This document shows, in pieces, positions 36,361-48,254 of a DNA stretch of 64,000 nucleotides. The position numbers and the translations under genes are program-made. The stretch spans positions 1 through 64,000 of the forward strand of contig RBZT01000323.1 of assembly GCA_003693705.1 (NCBI GenBank), in the 5' to 3' direction. How positions within the stretch are numbered: the first letter of the stretch is position 1; each line of letters starts with the position of its first letter. A model generated the notes under the pieces. That model did no database searches, was not told the DNA's origin, and saw nothing but the letters and a program-made list of their open reading frames with translations. The DNA is from Polymyxa betae A26-41 (taxonomy: Eukaryota; Protista; Endomyxa: Phytomyxea).

Positions 36361-37302
36361 ATGCATCTTCAAGAGTTAGTTGCACTGCTGCCGGATGACG
36401 CCAGCGTCCAGCGTCATTTCGACCAGCCGGGTCCCGGCCAGAAAGTGCCCCCCTTCGTGATCGCCCGTCGTGTCACCAGCTCGGAGTTCGGCGCATTGCT
36501 CGATCTGATCGCCACGAGAGAAGAGCCGCCGATCTACTTGAAAGATCTCGACCTGGATGCTGACGGCACGTTACAGGTCAGCTTGATGCAGCCGATCGCG
36601 ATTCCTGAGATGGCGTCGATATGGCATGATTGTGTTAGTGAGGCGATCGTGGCACACATGAGAGAGGGACTTTGCCAGGCGGGTTTGTCACCCGATGCTC
36701 TCGTCCCGTTCGGCGGCGCCCGTTACCCGAGCGCCATCTGCGGCGTCCGAATGGCAACTGGTGTCCAGATTGGACGGAAACCGAATGGCAACAGGTTTGA
36801 TTGCATTTAGGTTCGTATCTATACGCTGACCTCAATCAGATTTGCAGGGATTGGCCGGAAAGCAATCGTGATCGTCATTCGGGAACGTTTCTGGTGGAGG
36901 TCGCATTCAGCGAGGATCCTCCTCATCTGAGACGGAAAATCGAGTCGACTTGGATGAATGCTAAAGGGGGCATCTTTCCGCTGCTGTTATTAAGCGTCGA
37001 CTTCGTCTGCTGCGGATCTGAGCAATCGTTGCTCGAAGAAGTGCCAATTTGCCTTCATGTCTGCCTCTACAGGCGCCGGATTCTAGACGGTGACGAAGGT
37101 CTCGAGATTCTTCAGAGCCTCCATGTCGGGCCAGATTCCGGTTGCACCAGCGCCGGGCTTCCAAATCCGCCTCCCTTTAAGGGAGCTCCTGTTTGGCCTG
37201 ACAAGCGCTCAACACGCCCAATGCACCGCCGTCTGCATTGACCTGTATCACATTATCCACACTCTGGAGCAGAAACGCAACTTGTTAAGGCATCGAATGT
37301 AA
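36361..37302 (+). CDS. Uma2-like PD-(D/E)xK nuclease-fold protein with an apparent frameshift near the C-terminus
   Basis: SIWHDCVSEAI, LYADL, FLVEVAFSE...LRRKIESTW; C-terminal GCTSAGLP and FQIRLPL...IDLYHI lie in different frames. Confidence 0.55.
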
Positions 37303-37574
37303 TTTCCGATTCCTTCTAAGATCCTCTATTCCATCTATATAATTTTTCCTAATCGCCATTTTTGATTGAAAACAGATTATTAATGGAGGCGATAACTTGG
37401 AGAAAAAGCGAGCGCGAGTTTGATCGGAGCGACCCAGGACCAAAACTACAAGTTCTTGAGACAAATTGTCGAAGAACCAAAGGTAATTTCGGCAGCTGCA
37501 TGACAAGAGTTGAAGCCTAACTGCATAAAATATCGAATATGAATTGAAATATATATTTGGGTATGGTATTACAG

Positions 37575-39283
37575 TTAAGCTTTGGCAGCAGCACCGAAAC
37601 GACCTCGTGAGAGCTCATATGCATACAATTTTAGAACATTTGCTGCCTGCTGCAAGGCCAAGCGCTGTTTGGCTTTCGATATCCAATCCGAAGCCAGCGA
37701 ATACGCTAACCCATCATGGTCTAACGACTCCATCTCCTTGATAGCGTTTCCTAATTCCGATTGCGAAAGGAAATATTGAGAGCGGTGAATCTTGGAAATA
37801 TCGTCATTGCCATAGACGTACGAATCCCTGTTGATTAGCAGCATTGAGACCATTCGACCTAAAACGCACAGATCGTCAGCAAGATGGCGGCGGTAATGAT
37901 GCAAACTATCAGCCTGTACCAAGAGCATGACCAAATATTCCGGAATCTGGAGGAACAAGAGCCGCCTGTCGACAAGCCTTGGAAACCGTTTTGAAACGAT
38001 TCTTGATTTGATCGAATGTCATCACTGGAGCATCCGACTTTCTGCTTGGCAACTAACAAGTGCTTAATTGCAATATTCCGATTGAACATTCCAAGCCTTA
38101 CTGAACTTAATAAAACATCAACAGTCGGATCATCAGAAAAACGTCTCAAAGGCGCTAAATCCCGCTGAAAACATGCAGAGGCCTCCAAGGCAGTCTCAAG
38201 ACCGATGGCAGCAGTTGCTAGGGCATGGGCCTGTACGCCGAGAGCTTTAACTAAACAAACTACATTTTAACAAACGTCGTACCTTTTCTGATTCCTGCAG
38301 GCTGACCTCACAGTTCTTGATGATTCGATCTACTTGCTTCACCTGCGATTCGATAGCAGCCATCCTCTCCAGCCGGCTCTTCTTCTCAGCTTCGAATCTT
38401 TCTTCGAGCTCCTATTCAACGTTCAGCAACGTGATTTTTGAAAAAAACGTTCAAAACGACCTGTCGTTTGGCAATTAATTCGGCCTCGTATTTCGACTGA
38501 ATCTCCTTTTGCTTGGATTCGAGTTGCTCTTCTAAACGCTTTTCGATGCGTTGGTCGAGATTGGCATTGAACTCTTCGCGAAGTTCGTCTTCTCTTTCCT
38601 GAGCCTGCAGAACGGTCACATCTTGAGAATATGTTCGACAGGAAAGTTCACCAACAATGACGTGCATAAGGGCTCGGAATTGATCGGATTTCAGCAGTTC
38701 CAGAGACACATTGGGCGTCCCGTTGAATTGGGGACTTTCCTCTAAATCTTCTAAAGGAACATCCGGCTGACGAGCGAGTCTACAAAATATCGTTATTTCT
38801 AGCAAAAAAAATCCAAAACCTTCAACAGAACTCGAAATCGTCTTTCGCTTCGTTTTTGGCTTTCTGAGCGCCATCGCTGGGCATGACCAATGAATGGAAA
38901 CGCGCTTTTAAATCCTGGTTTTAACTCAGCATATTACGGTAATCAATTCTTATTTTGTAGACCTCAATAATTTCTGTGGGAATGTTGGAATGAACCAATT
39001 GACGAAAATCATCGTTGAAATGGTACGCTGCGACAGCAGATCCGCTTGCAATCAAAGGCACACCTGTCACTACCAAAAACGTCCTTAAAAACGACCGCCT
39101 CTTGGTGCCTTCAGGTCGGATTAGCTAGCGATTACAAATAGCCTGCGATCCGCAACCTGTGGACGCCGCTTCCGGGACAGCCGTCTTGGGCGTCGACTCA
39201 GTTGGGGTTTTTGGGGTAGAGTTTGTCGTTGCCTTAGAAAAACGCCGGATTGGCTGAAGGCGACACCGACAACGAACCAACAT
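37575..39283 (-). CDS. MIC60: MICOS subunit Mic60/mitofilin
   Basis: Mitochondrial-type presequence MLVRCRCRLQPIRRFS, TM helix, coiled coil, C-terminal ELGNAIKEMESL..LASDWISKAKQRLALQQA. Confidence 0.8.
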
Positions 39284-39505
39284 ATTCGATACGAGAAATG
39301 AAGGTCGTTAAGGTAAGAATCACCTTCAAAACTGAATATTTTCATACGGTGTCGCACTTTTTTAAAATCTTACAATTAAGGCGCACTTTTTTTACTGTTT
39401 TTTTAAACAGCTACAGTACTTGTTTTGAAAAGCTCTTATTATAATCAAGCCTTCTTTGTAACCCCTATCGGCGATTGCTCAAAAGTTCTCGAATAGAATG
39501 TGTCG

Positions 39506-41209
39506 TTATTTCCATATTTTTATTGTGTTATCTGCGGAACACGACGCCAATATCAGCTTTTCTCGATGGAACGACACCGAATAGACCCGATCGCGATGCC
39601 CTTCCAGGTTTCTGCCAGCGATCTTCGACTGGGCCGTCAAACGAGTGGCACCAACATCGAAAAGGTAGACACCAGAATCCGCGCTTCCAGCAGCAACTAA
39701 AAAGCTATTTGATGAACGGCCACCCAGAAGCTGGTCGTCTTCAGGCTGGTAAAACAACAGAATAAGTTTAATACGGATTTGAACGTTGCTGAGTTTACGC
39801 TATCGTCTGATTGGTCAGTGTTGATGTAAATCGAGCTCCGAATGGGCCAATTCCGAGTCTTATGCCCGATCAGCTCGTAGATAATGCCCATCGAAGGCCA
39901 ATCGTACAGCCGAATAATATTATCGAAACTGTTCACAGACAGGACTTCGCCATTGGAGGCAATGTGAGAGACCGGCGAGTTCGAAACGGTAATTGTTGAT
40001 GAGCATTGCCCTTTGGCCGTACTCCAGCACTTCAGATTGCCATTATGATCACCACTTAGAATCTGTTCACAAGCTAAAGAGAGCGTAGTAATGAATCAAA
40101 CTAACAGAGAAGTGATGTCGGACCAGAAAATAATCGTTGAATGCAGAAAACTCGAATGTGTTTGCTAAAATGAACCTGTTTGTCATCAGGCAAGCAGACG
40201 ATCGTGTTGACCATGACGTCGTTCATGATTTGGCAGATCGGACTGGATCCAGAACGCGTATCGAATCCCGATATCGTTCCTTGAGAAGTGGCGACAAAGA
40301 ACGTGGCGCCGCTCGAGCACGAAACGGATTGAATGGCTCCTGGGACATTAACGACCAGAGAGACAGTCTTAGAAAAAGTATCCCATACATTAGCCTGCAA
40401 TCTTGATTATACATTTACAGCTTATTTCGCAGGGAAGAGCAATTAAAGTAAATGTTAAGCAAATCAAAAATCAATAAGCCTGCAAATGTCTGAAATCGAT
40501 AGCTATAACGAAATAAAATGCAAAAATTATAGGCTATTAGCAAACTTGAAAGTTGCAGAATAAATTATTTACAGAGCCATCAAAGGAGCCAGTGACGATC
40601 TTGGAGTTATCGTTTCCCATCCAGCACAGACTCGACATATTCCGCTGTGCATCGGATAGAACGACGGGTTCATTAGGTCGGATCAGACGAGACGATTCCA
40701 GGTCCCAGAACCGACACGAACCATCAAACGACCCGCTGGCAAGCACGCTTCCCGATGGACTAAAACACAGATTACAGAAGCGATGGCAAGAGAGGATCGA
40801 CCGACCTCCATGCGATATCGTAGACAGCACCGCCATGACCTTTCAGAGTCGATTTACAAGTTAATTGGGTAGCGGCGCCCTGCTTATGAAGGAACGATTC
40901 GTCGTTCATATTGCTGTCTCGATCCGAGTTTGCAGCCGACACAGCTGCCAGCGCCTGGCCGACATCGAAAGGCGCCAGCGGCTGCCTCATCGACGAAATC
41001 AATCGAGCTTGCTCGAAGTTCAAATCATAGACGGTCTGGCATCAGATTGGGTGAGACACGAAGGTCGCCGGCGGAGGCATTACACGCTTCAGATCGCGGT
41101 TCTCTCTCTCGAGATTGTCGATCTGGGCCTTGAGCTTCTTGATGGTGGCCTGCGCCAGCTCCAGCGATCGACTAAGAGACGGCCCACATGCTGTTGTCGA
41201 CGTTTGCAT
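39506..41209 (-). CDS. WD40-repeat protein with an N-terminal coiled coil
   Basis: LKGHGGAVYDIAW, LASGSFDGSCRFWD, LEGHRDRVYSVSFH, LASCSADNTIKIW. Confidence 0.88.
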
Positions 41210-41510
41210 AAGTGCGACCAAGACAGAGACACAAAGCCCTATAAGAGACCGCCCTTACATTTTCTATCTGTCTGTTTAAAGGCAGCTTAAAACATCATAT
41301 CACATCCCTCATGTAACATTACATTTCGGGACCCAGTTCTAACAACCTGCGCCATTTTCAACAAAAAAAATCGCTATAACCGCATTATTCAAGGGAGACA
41401 ATCTGCAGCGATGGGATAACGTTTTATAGATTTGCTAAAGCCAATTTGATCTGAGATTCTAGAGAGAAGAAAGCAGAGCGATTCTGGAGGAGATGGTGAG
41501 GTTTATATGA

Positions 41511-42053
<543 letters not shown>

Positions 42054-42489
42054 ATAAACCCATCCGGATTCCGCTTTTAATGAGATCTTGTCTGGTTTTT
42101 GTAGCAGGGCTGATATGCAATCGAGGATTCATTGGTTGCTCTTTGAGGAGATTGCTCTCGGCCTATTGTATCTTCTTTCTTGCCATATCCGTTATAATTG
42201 TCGCAATTTTTCGATGCCTGTTGATTCTTCATGATGTCTCTGCGAATTGTATTTGCTTGAGCTATGAAACTGCTTTTCTTAGCATTAGTAGCCGATGATT
42301 GATCTCGGGTCTGCCTCCCTACTGATTGTTGGGGTTGTTTCGCTTGTTCTCTATCGCTGTATATTACTTTATTTCAGAGAGCCACCGATTCAGTTCGGCT
42401 CTGTCGTTATGCTTATTCCAAACTGCTCATTATAAGCCTGATTTGATGGAATATCTGATTAGCTGATCAATGTCCGAACATTTGGGTTT

Positions 42490-43760
42490 CGTTGTCAGGA
42501 TTGTAATTCTGGAATATCTTTTAGCTGGCGATATTTCTCTGCTGCATCTTGCTCTAGCTTCGATGCCCTCTTCTGGAACGCGTCTCGACTCTCGATGCTG
42601 TTCTCCTGTTATCCATTAAGTGACTATATATTGTGCACGCGAATACGCATCGTGTAATTTTCACCATATTGTGGCATAATTTCAATTGAGTGCCTTGTTG
42701 AATCTTTCAAATCACCAATCCTGCTTCTTTCTGGAATCTGTTTCAGATAACTGCGGTTTAACTGATTCAACGTTGCAGTCTGGGTATCGAAGGTTTTCCA
42801 CTTCCAAAGAATTCGATTATTTGTTCAGCTTATCGGGCAATTATTGCCCAAGGTTTTTTAGTTGGGTCATGAATGGGAACATCCAGAATTTCCTATCGTC
42901 GTACTGGATCACATTTCCTTGCCATTAATCAACATCGGACTGCGTACGTTGATTTTCCAAATGGCTCTGAAATTTACATCAAAATGCAACTCTTTTGCAT
43001 TGTGATTCGAGAAGCTGAGAATATAGGCATGATACGACTGTGGCGCCTCGATGAATGCTGCATGGGATATTCTTGCCAAAACTATGCAGACTGTCAGGTC
43101 AGGCATTGTCCTTGTACATGTCTCTGCATTCGTAGTCTTTCTGGGTCATTGGCATCAGAACCTAAATTTCTGTCATCTCGTTTGCCTTATTCGTCTACGT
43201 CCTTGAATCCCGATTACTTGCTTAATTTTCACGAGTGTCTGTTTTCTCTGCATCAATCTTTGCAAAGATATTCGCCCGATTCTTCTGAATCTAAATTTAA
43301 ATAAAAAAGGACATGCCAATCGTTTTCCTTCTGATGATCTCTTTATCGCCCTGGATACCTCTTGTACCATGGGAGATCCGGCAGAATTTTCGGTCAGAGA
43401 TTAACGAAATGATTGTCAGCAACGAGTAACGAACAATTCCAAATGAGAAGAGAGCAAAGAGTGCATTAATCCAGTTCCTTTGGCTACTTGGCCGGAAAGG
43501 CGGTTGTGGAATTTTGGCTATCCGCTGGCTATGGATCTCGATACAGCACCGAGCGTCGTAATATTTTCGCTTCCACACTTCTTAGATCTGGCTTCCTTAC
43601 TACGATATGTGTGTAGACCATAGGCATCTTAATATCTTTGAGATGTCAATCCCTATTGCATGATAATCGAGAAAACACTAGAAAGCATGTTAATGCGTTT
43701 CGTCGACCCTTCCGACAGCTTCTTGATTTATGAGCGAATTCGTACTGTAACAACTCAGAT
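42490..43760 (-). CDS. Probable hypothetical coiled-coil protein (multi-exon)
   Basis: Charged exon-like segments on the minus strand (e.g. ESRDAFQKRASKLEQDAAEKYRQLKD) bounded by AG/GT; structure not resolved. Confidence 0.35.
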
Positions 43761-44197
43761 TGCATCAACTCAACACCAAAAGCATTCCAGTTTCGTTCTA
43801 AAAAATGTTTGGCTACGATGCGGCGAAACGAGACGTTTCTGTTGCGGCGGCAGAAGCTCTAACGAGCCGCTTTTTTGGCACTTGAATCCAAAGTAATGAT
43901 ATGGACGAGATGTTTAACATCGGTGCTGCTATTTGGCAATAGCTCTATCGACCGCTTGCTCTCGCCTGACAACTGAACTCAATGCTTAACAAAATGGCGC
44001 TTAATGACACATCGTTACGAAAATTAAGGGAGAGGCAGTGGGCTGCCCCAACGAAGGTCGATCGAGCCCAGGACGGCCCCATCGGCCCAAAGACCCCAAG
44101 TGATACTGACATGACAGCCAGTTAGGGGAGGTGAGGCACCCCTGCCTACAATGACCTGTTCCAGAGCAACTTCAACATTCGCCTAAATGGCTTGTAG

Positions 44198-46442
44198 ATG
44201 AAGCTGCGGAGCTGCCGACACCGATTGTCGCGATTGATCCGGGTTCCCTCGTACTTCATCTCGGCATCGCTCCCATCGCTGAAGAGCCGTGGTAGGCTCT
44301 TCAACTCAATGCTATCTGGTCCCCTGATTCCAAGCCAGAGCTCGGGCCTTCGTCATTGCTCTTCCATGAATGGAATGTCATCGGATGAGAGAAGCAGCCT
44401 ATGCGGGCTGCAAGTCGTTAGAGAGACTGCTGAGAATGCATTAAATGCTCTGTATCAGACGCAATCGAAAATCGAACTCTCACGGCGTAAATCCTCAAGA
44501 GTTATGCTGCATTCAGAAGTAGAAAAAGCAACCGAATCTCTTGAAAAATGCTATCAAAGAATTACCCAGGTCCAAGCACAAATGTTTGCAGAGAATCCGA
44601 TTGCAACCCAGAAGATTAAATACGTTTATCATTGGACCTTATCACAGCACAATGAATTCGAGACAACTGTCGCAATGGACGATTTCAAATCCGTTGCTGT
44701 TTTTCACCAATTCATAACGGATCCTAAACCTGAGCGAAATTACAACGCTTTTGGATTTCTGCTCCCGCATATCAACCAAGGCTTCGCTGCGGTTCGAGCT
44801 ATAATCAACGCAGGCGATAATCGCAGCCATATATGGACGTCGATGCGATTAAATCAGCTCCTTGTCGAATGCAACAAAATCGAAGTTCTCGTCGATCTAA
44901 TTCCAGCTGCCCTTGCTACTCCTACCAATAGCGTGGCTTCTCCAACACAATTTCTTCTAGATGCTGTCGAAACTCCAACCGATCCCGAAAGCTTATCACG
45001 AAACCTAGCTACATTTGCTTCACGACTTGAAAAGGTCAAGTGCATGGCGAAGGATGCGATTCAGCATTCGAACGGCTTGCTGCAACAGATTAAATTAGCA
45101 ACGAGCGGTATATATTATTGCGCTAATCCAGATCAAGCACGTCATGAGTATTGCTGTTTTTTTCTTAGAAAAAAAACAATTCTCACTAAATCTGATTGTT
45201 GCAGGGCGAACCTGGTGGGTGTTGATCCTGATATTCGCATGATCAAGTTCATGTGGAACCTCACAGAACACGCAGCTGGCCGAGCACTGTACAAAGTGAC
45301 TTTCCCCAAGATCGCCCAGCACGAAACCTTCTATATTTTACCATCAGACATTGAGGCTGATGAACAAGCTCCAAATCAGCCTCCTGTTAAAGTCAGATAT
45401 TTATCGTCCAAGTAAGGCTTGCAAATCGGCTCATCCAGTTCATTTAAACTCGATCAGGCGTTCAGATCGAGTGGTCAAGAATATTGAAGCTATACGCCTG
45501 CGCCAGCAGCCATCGGGATGCCAGGTTTTTCTTAGATCTCCAGGGTGTTTGCGCTTCCAGTCAACTGCTTCGCAGGAAGACGACTTTCATGGTCAATTGG
45601 AGCCATTAATTCTGCATTTTCATGGGGGCGGATTCGTCGCTCAATCGTCTTACTCGCATCAAACATATTCGAGGCAGTGGGTTAATGGAACCAATGTCGC
45701 CGTCCTTTCAGTCGATTATCGGCTGGCGCCTGAATCGCAGTATCCAGCCCCTATAGACGACGCTTGGCTCGTATACAGATGGTGCCTACAACATGGACCT
45801 CGCGTTCTGGGAATCGATCCAACGCGAATCGTCGTAGCGGGAGATTCTGCGGGAGGAAGTATCGCTGCCTCTCTGGTGATCAAAGCGCTAGCGAACGGAG
45901 TTCAGCCACCATCTGGGCTTTGTATGGCCTATCCCTGTCTGTGTTTAAGCGCTGATGTATTTTATCCATCATCCCTATCCTGCCTGGAGGAAGTTATGAT
46001 CCCATACGGTTTCCTCCTAGGTAGCAACTTGCATTGTAAGACTGAAAACAGACTCTTAATTGTTTTACAGCTTGTATGAAGGCGTATGTTCCTACTAACG
46101 GCGACCCTTTACACGACCCAGAATTAAGCCCAGCAGTAGTCTCCGACGACATTCTCAAGCGATTTCCAGCCGTCAAAATTATGGTGGGTGCGCGAGATCC
46201 TCTGCTAGATCAAAGCCTGGAATTCGCTCAGCGTCTTTATCTATTGAGCAAAGACATTCAGCTGGTCATCTATTCCGGATTTGGACACGGATTCCTGTCG
46301 TTCGATAATCCCGGTGAGAATGGCAAACTTACCTGATAATTGAATGGTCTGACGTCATCATCCAGTGGTGGGCGTACCCGAATCGCATTCATGCGTTTTG
46401 AAATCGATCGAGTGGCTTCAGCAGCTGACCAGGATGCAGTAG
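44198..46442 (+). CDS. Hormone-sensitive lipase family alpha/beta hydrolase
   Basis: ILHFHGGGFVAQSSYSH, VDYRLAPE, GDSAGG, DPLLD, HGFL; KFMWNLTE. Confidence 0.92.
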
Positions 46443-46565
46443 GGGTGGCCCATTGACAATCAGTCCTTCGTTAATATAGTTTGATATTTATTGGTTCCGA
46501 ATCGGAGTTTAACTAACTGTCGCGTATTCATCCGAATTCTGCTGAGCATCACTATAGTCGGCGCT

Positions 46566-48104
46566 ATGCCGCTAATGGGGAAACATTCCCGCTACTTCGA
46601 CAATCATTATATTCAAGACACGAGTGACTTTCTTCGATTACGTACTCAGGTCTATAACCACCCGGAGAATCTGGTCGATACCTTCCTCAGCCGGGCTGTC
46701 ACCCTGCTTCATGCCTGCTCGGAGAACTCCATGCGATTGTTATCGGTGGCGTCCGGGTCGCCCACTCGTAGTCGCGACCTGCGTCGTTTAGGCCTGAAAC
46801 TCTACAATGGCGAACTCGCCGGCTTCGGCTACGCCTTACATCGCATCGCCCGGACCCTCTCCATTATTCGATCGGAGATCACGTTCAGTGAGATGCTGTC
46901 GTCAACGCTCAAATCGATCGGAGAGATCCATTGCGGATTTCACGTTAACGAACATGATCTCAAATCGAAACAGAATTGGGCCAGTCCGGACGTCGATACA
47001 CCTGACCCGCTTGTCCAGCTAATGACCATCAACCAAGCTGTGAATCACTGCGAGGCGTTGTCGAATAAGGTCATGAAGCTGTGTATTGGCGCTTGCAATC
47101 GCATCGCGCCCGAACATGACGAGCTCGCGTCGCTGCCGACGTTGAACACGTTTCTCGAGAGCGATCTCGGCTCGCGTTCGTTTCTGCATCGACTGATGCA
47201 GCCGGCTTACGAAGAGCATCCAACCCAGATCGCCAACCATCCGTTCGAATCGGGATTTCGGTCGGCGATTGAGGCCACGATCAAAGTCGCCTCCGCTCCG
47301 GATCGAGACGCCAACAACGAGCTTCTTTACGGTCGAGCCGGCGTCCTCTACACGCTCCTGTTCCTCTACAAGCATTGTCACGATTACGATTACGATCACG
47401 CTGTCGCCGACCTCTGTCGATGTATTCTCGCCTCCGGGGCGATTCTCGCTCGTCATAACGAGACCCGTTTCCCGGTCTATTACGAATGGCATGGGAGCGA
47501 CTATCTGGGCGCCGCCCATGGCCTTGCCGGCATCCTGTACGTCCTGCTGCAGGTCGACACCAGAGACGACGACCTGAATCGCCAGATCGAATCGGTCACC
47601 GTACAATCGGTTCAGCTCATGCTGAGCTCGTTGCAGATGCGCTCCGGCAACTTCCCGACCAAGCTGAGGGCTTCCCGTCTCGGCGATAGCGACAGCCTCG
47701 TGCAATGGTGTCATGGTTCGCCGGGCGTCGTTGCCCTGCTCTGTCGTATTCGCAAGTCCGGCAGCGATCTGGAGCGGCCATTAACGGCCGCGATTAACCG
47801 CGCGCTCGACGATATCTGGTGTCGCGGGCTGTTGCGGAAGGGCGTTGGACTCTGCCATGGTATCGCCGGCAATGGGTACGCGTTCCTTCGCGATCCGGGC
47901 CCGAATATCGACCGGAAGCTGCTGCTGGTGAAGGCGGTAGCGTTCGCCGAGATCGGCTGGGCCAAGATGGACGACCTGTTCGCCGTTCCCGACAACCCGT
48001 TCTCGCTCTACGAAGGCATCGCCGGCTTCGTCTGCTACCTGCTCGATATTGTCCTCGCATTGCACGATAAACCGATTCTTGGTATCCCCGGATACGATCT
48101 CTAA
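46566..48104 (+). CDS. LanC-like protein (LANCL/GCR2 family), intronless
   Basis: ELLYGRAG, YLGAAHGLAG, QWCHGSPG, GLCHGIAGNGYAFL, PDNPFSLYEGIAG. Confidence 0.95.
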   Translation: MPLMGKHSRYFDNHYIQDTSDFLRLRTQVYNHPENLVDTFLSRAVTLLHACSENSMRLLSVASGSPTRSRDLRRLGLKLYNGELAGFGYALHRIARTLSIIRSEITFSEMLSSTLKSIGEIHCGFHVNEHDLKSKQNWASPDVDTPDPLVQLMTINQAVNHCEALSNKVMKLCIGACNRIAPEHDELASLPTLNTFLESDLGSRSFLHRLMQPAYEEHPTQIANHPFESGFRSAIEATIKVASAPDRDANNELLYGRAGVLYTLLFLYKHCHDYDYDHAVADLCRCILASGAILARHNETRFPVYYEWHGSDYLGAAHGLAGILYVLLQVDTRDDDLNRQIESVTVQSVQLMLSSLQMRSGNFPTKLRASRLGDSDSLVQWCHGSPGVVALLCRIRKSGSDLERPLTAAINRALDDIWCRGLLRKGVGLCHGIAGNGYAFLRDPGPNIDRKLLLVKAVAFAEIGWAKMDDLFAVPDNPFSLYEGIAGFVCYLLDIVLALHDKPILGIPGYDL

Positions 48105-48254
48105 ACCGGAAATCAACAGAAACTTTCAATACAAAACACAAACAATTGTCGCAAAAGTGTCTCAGAATATTGCCACCCGTTGCTGTGACTTTCAGCCTTC
48201 TTCTCATTGGACGGATTTCTATCTCCAACGTTGTATTACAGGTCCGCCCAAGTC

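Noticed and set aside
46566-48104. Lanthipeptide biosynthetic cluster
   Set aside because: Ordinary eukaryotic LanCL; no dehydratase, precursor peptide or transporter nearby
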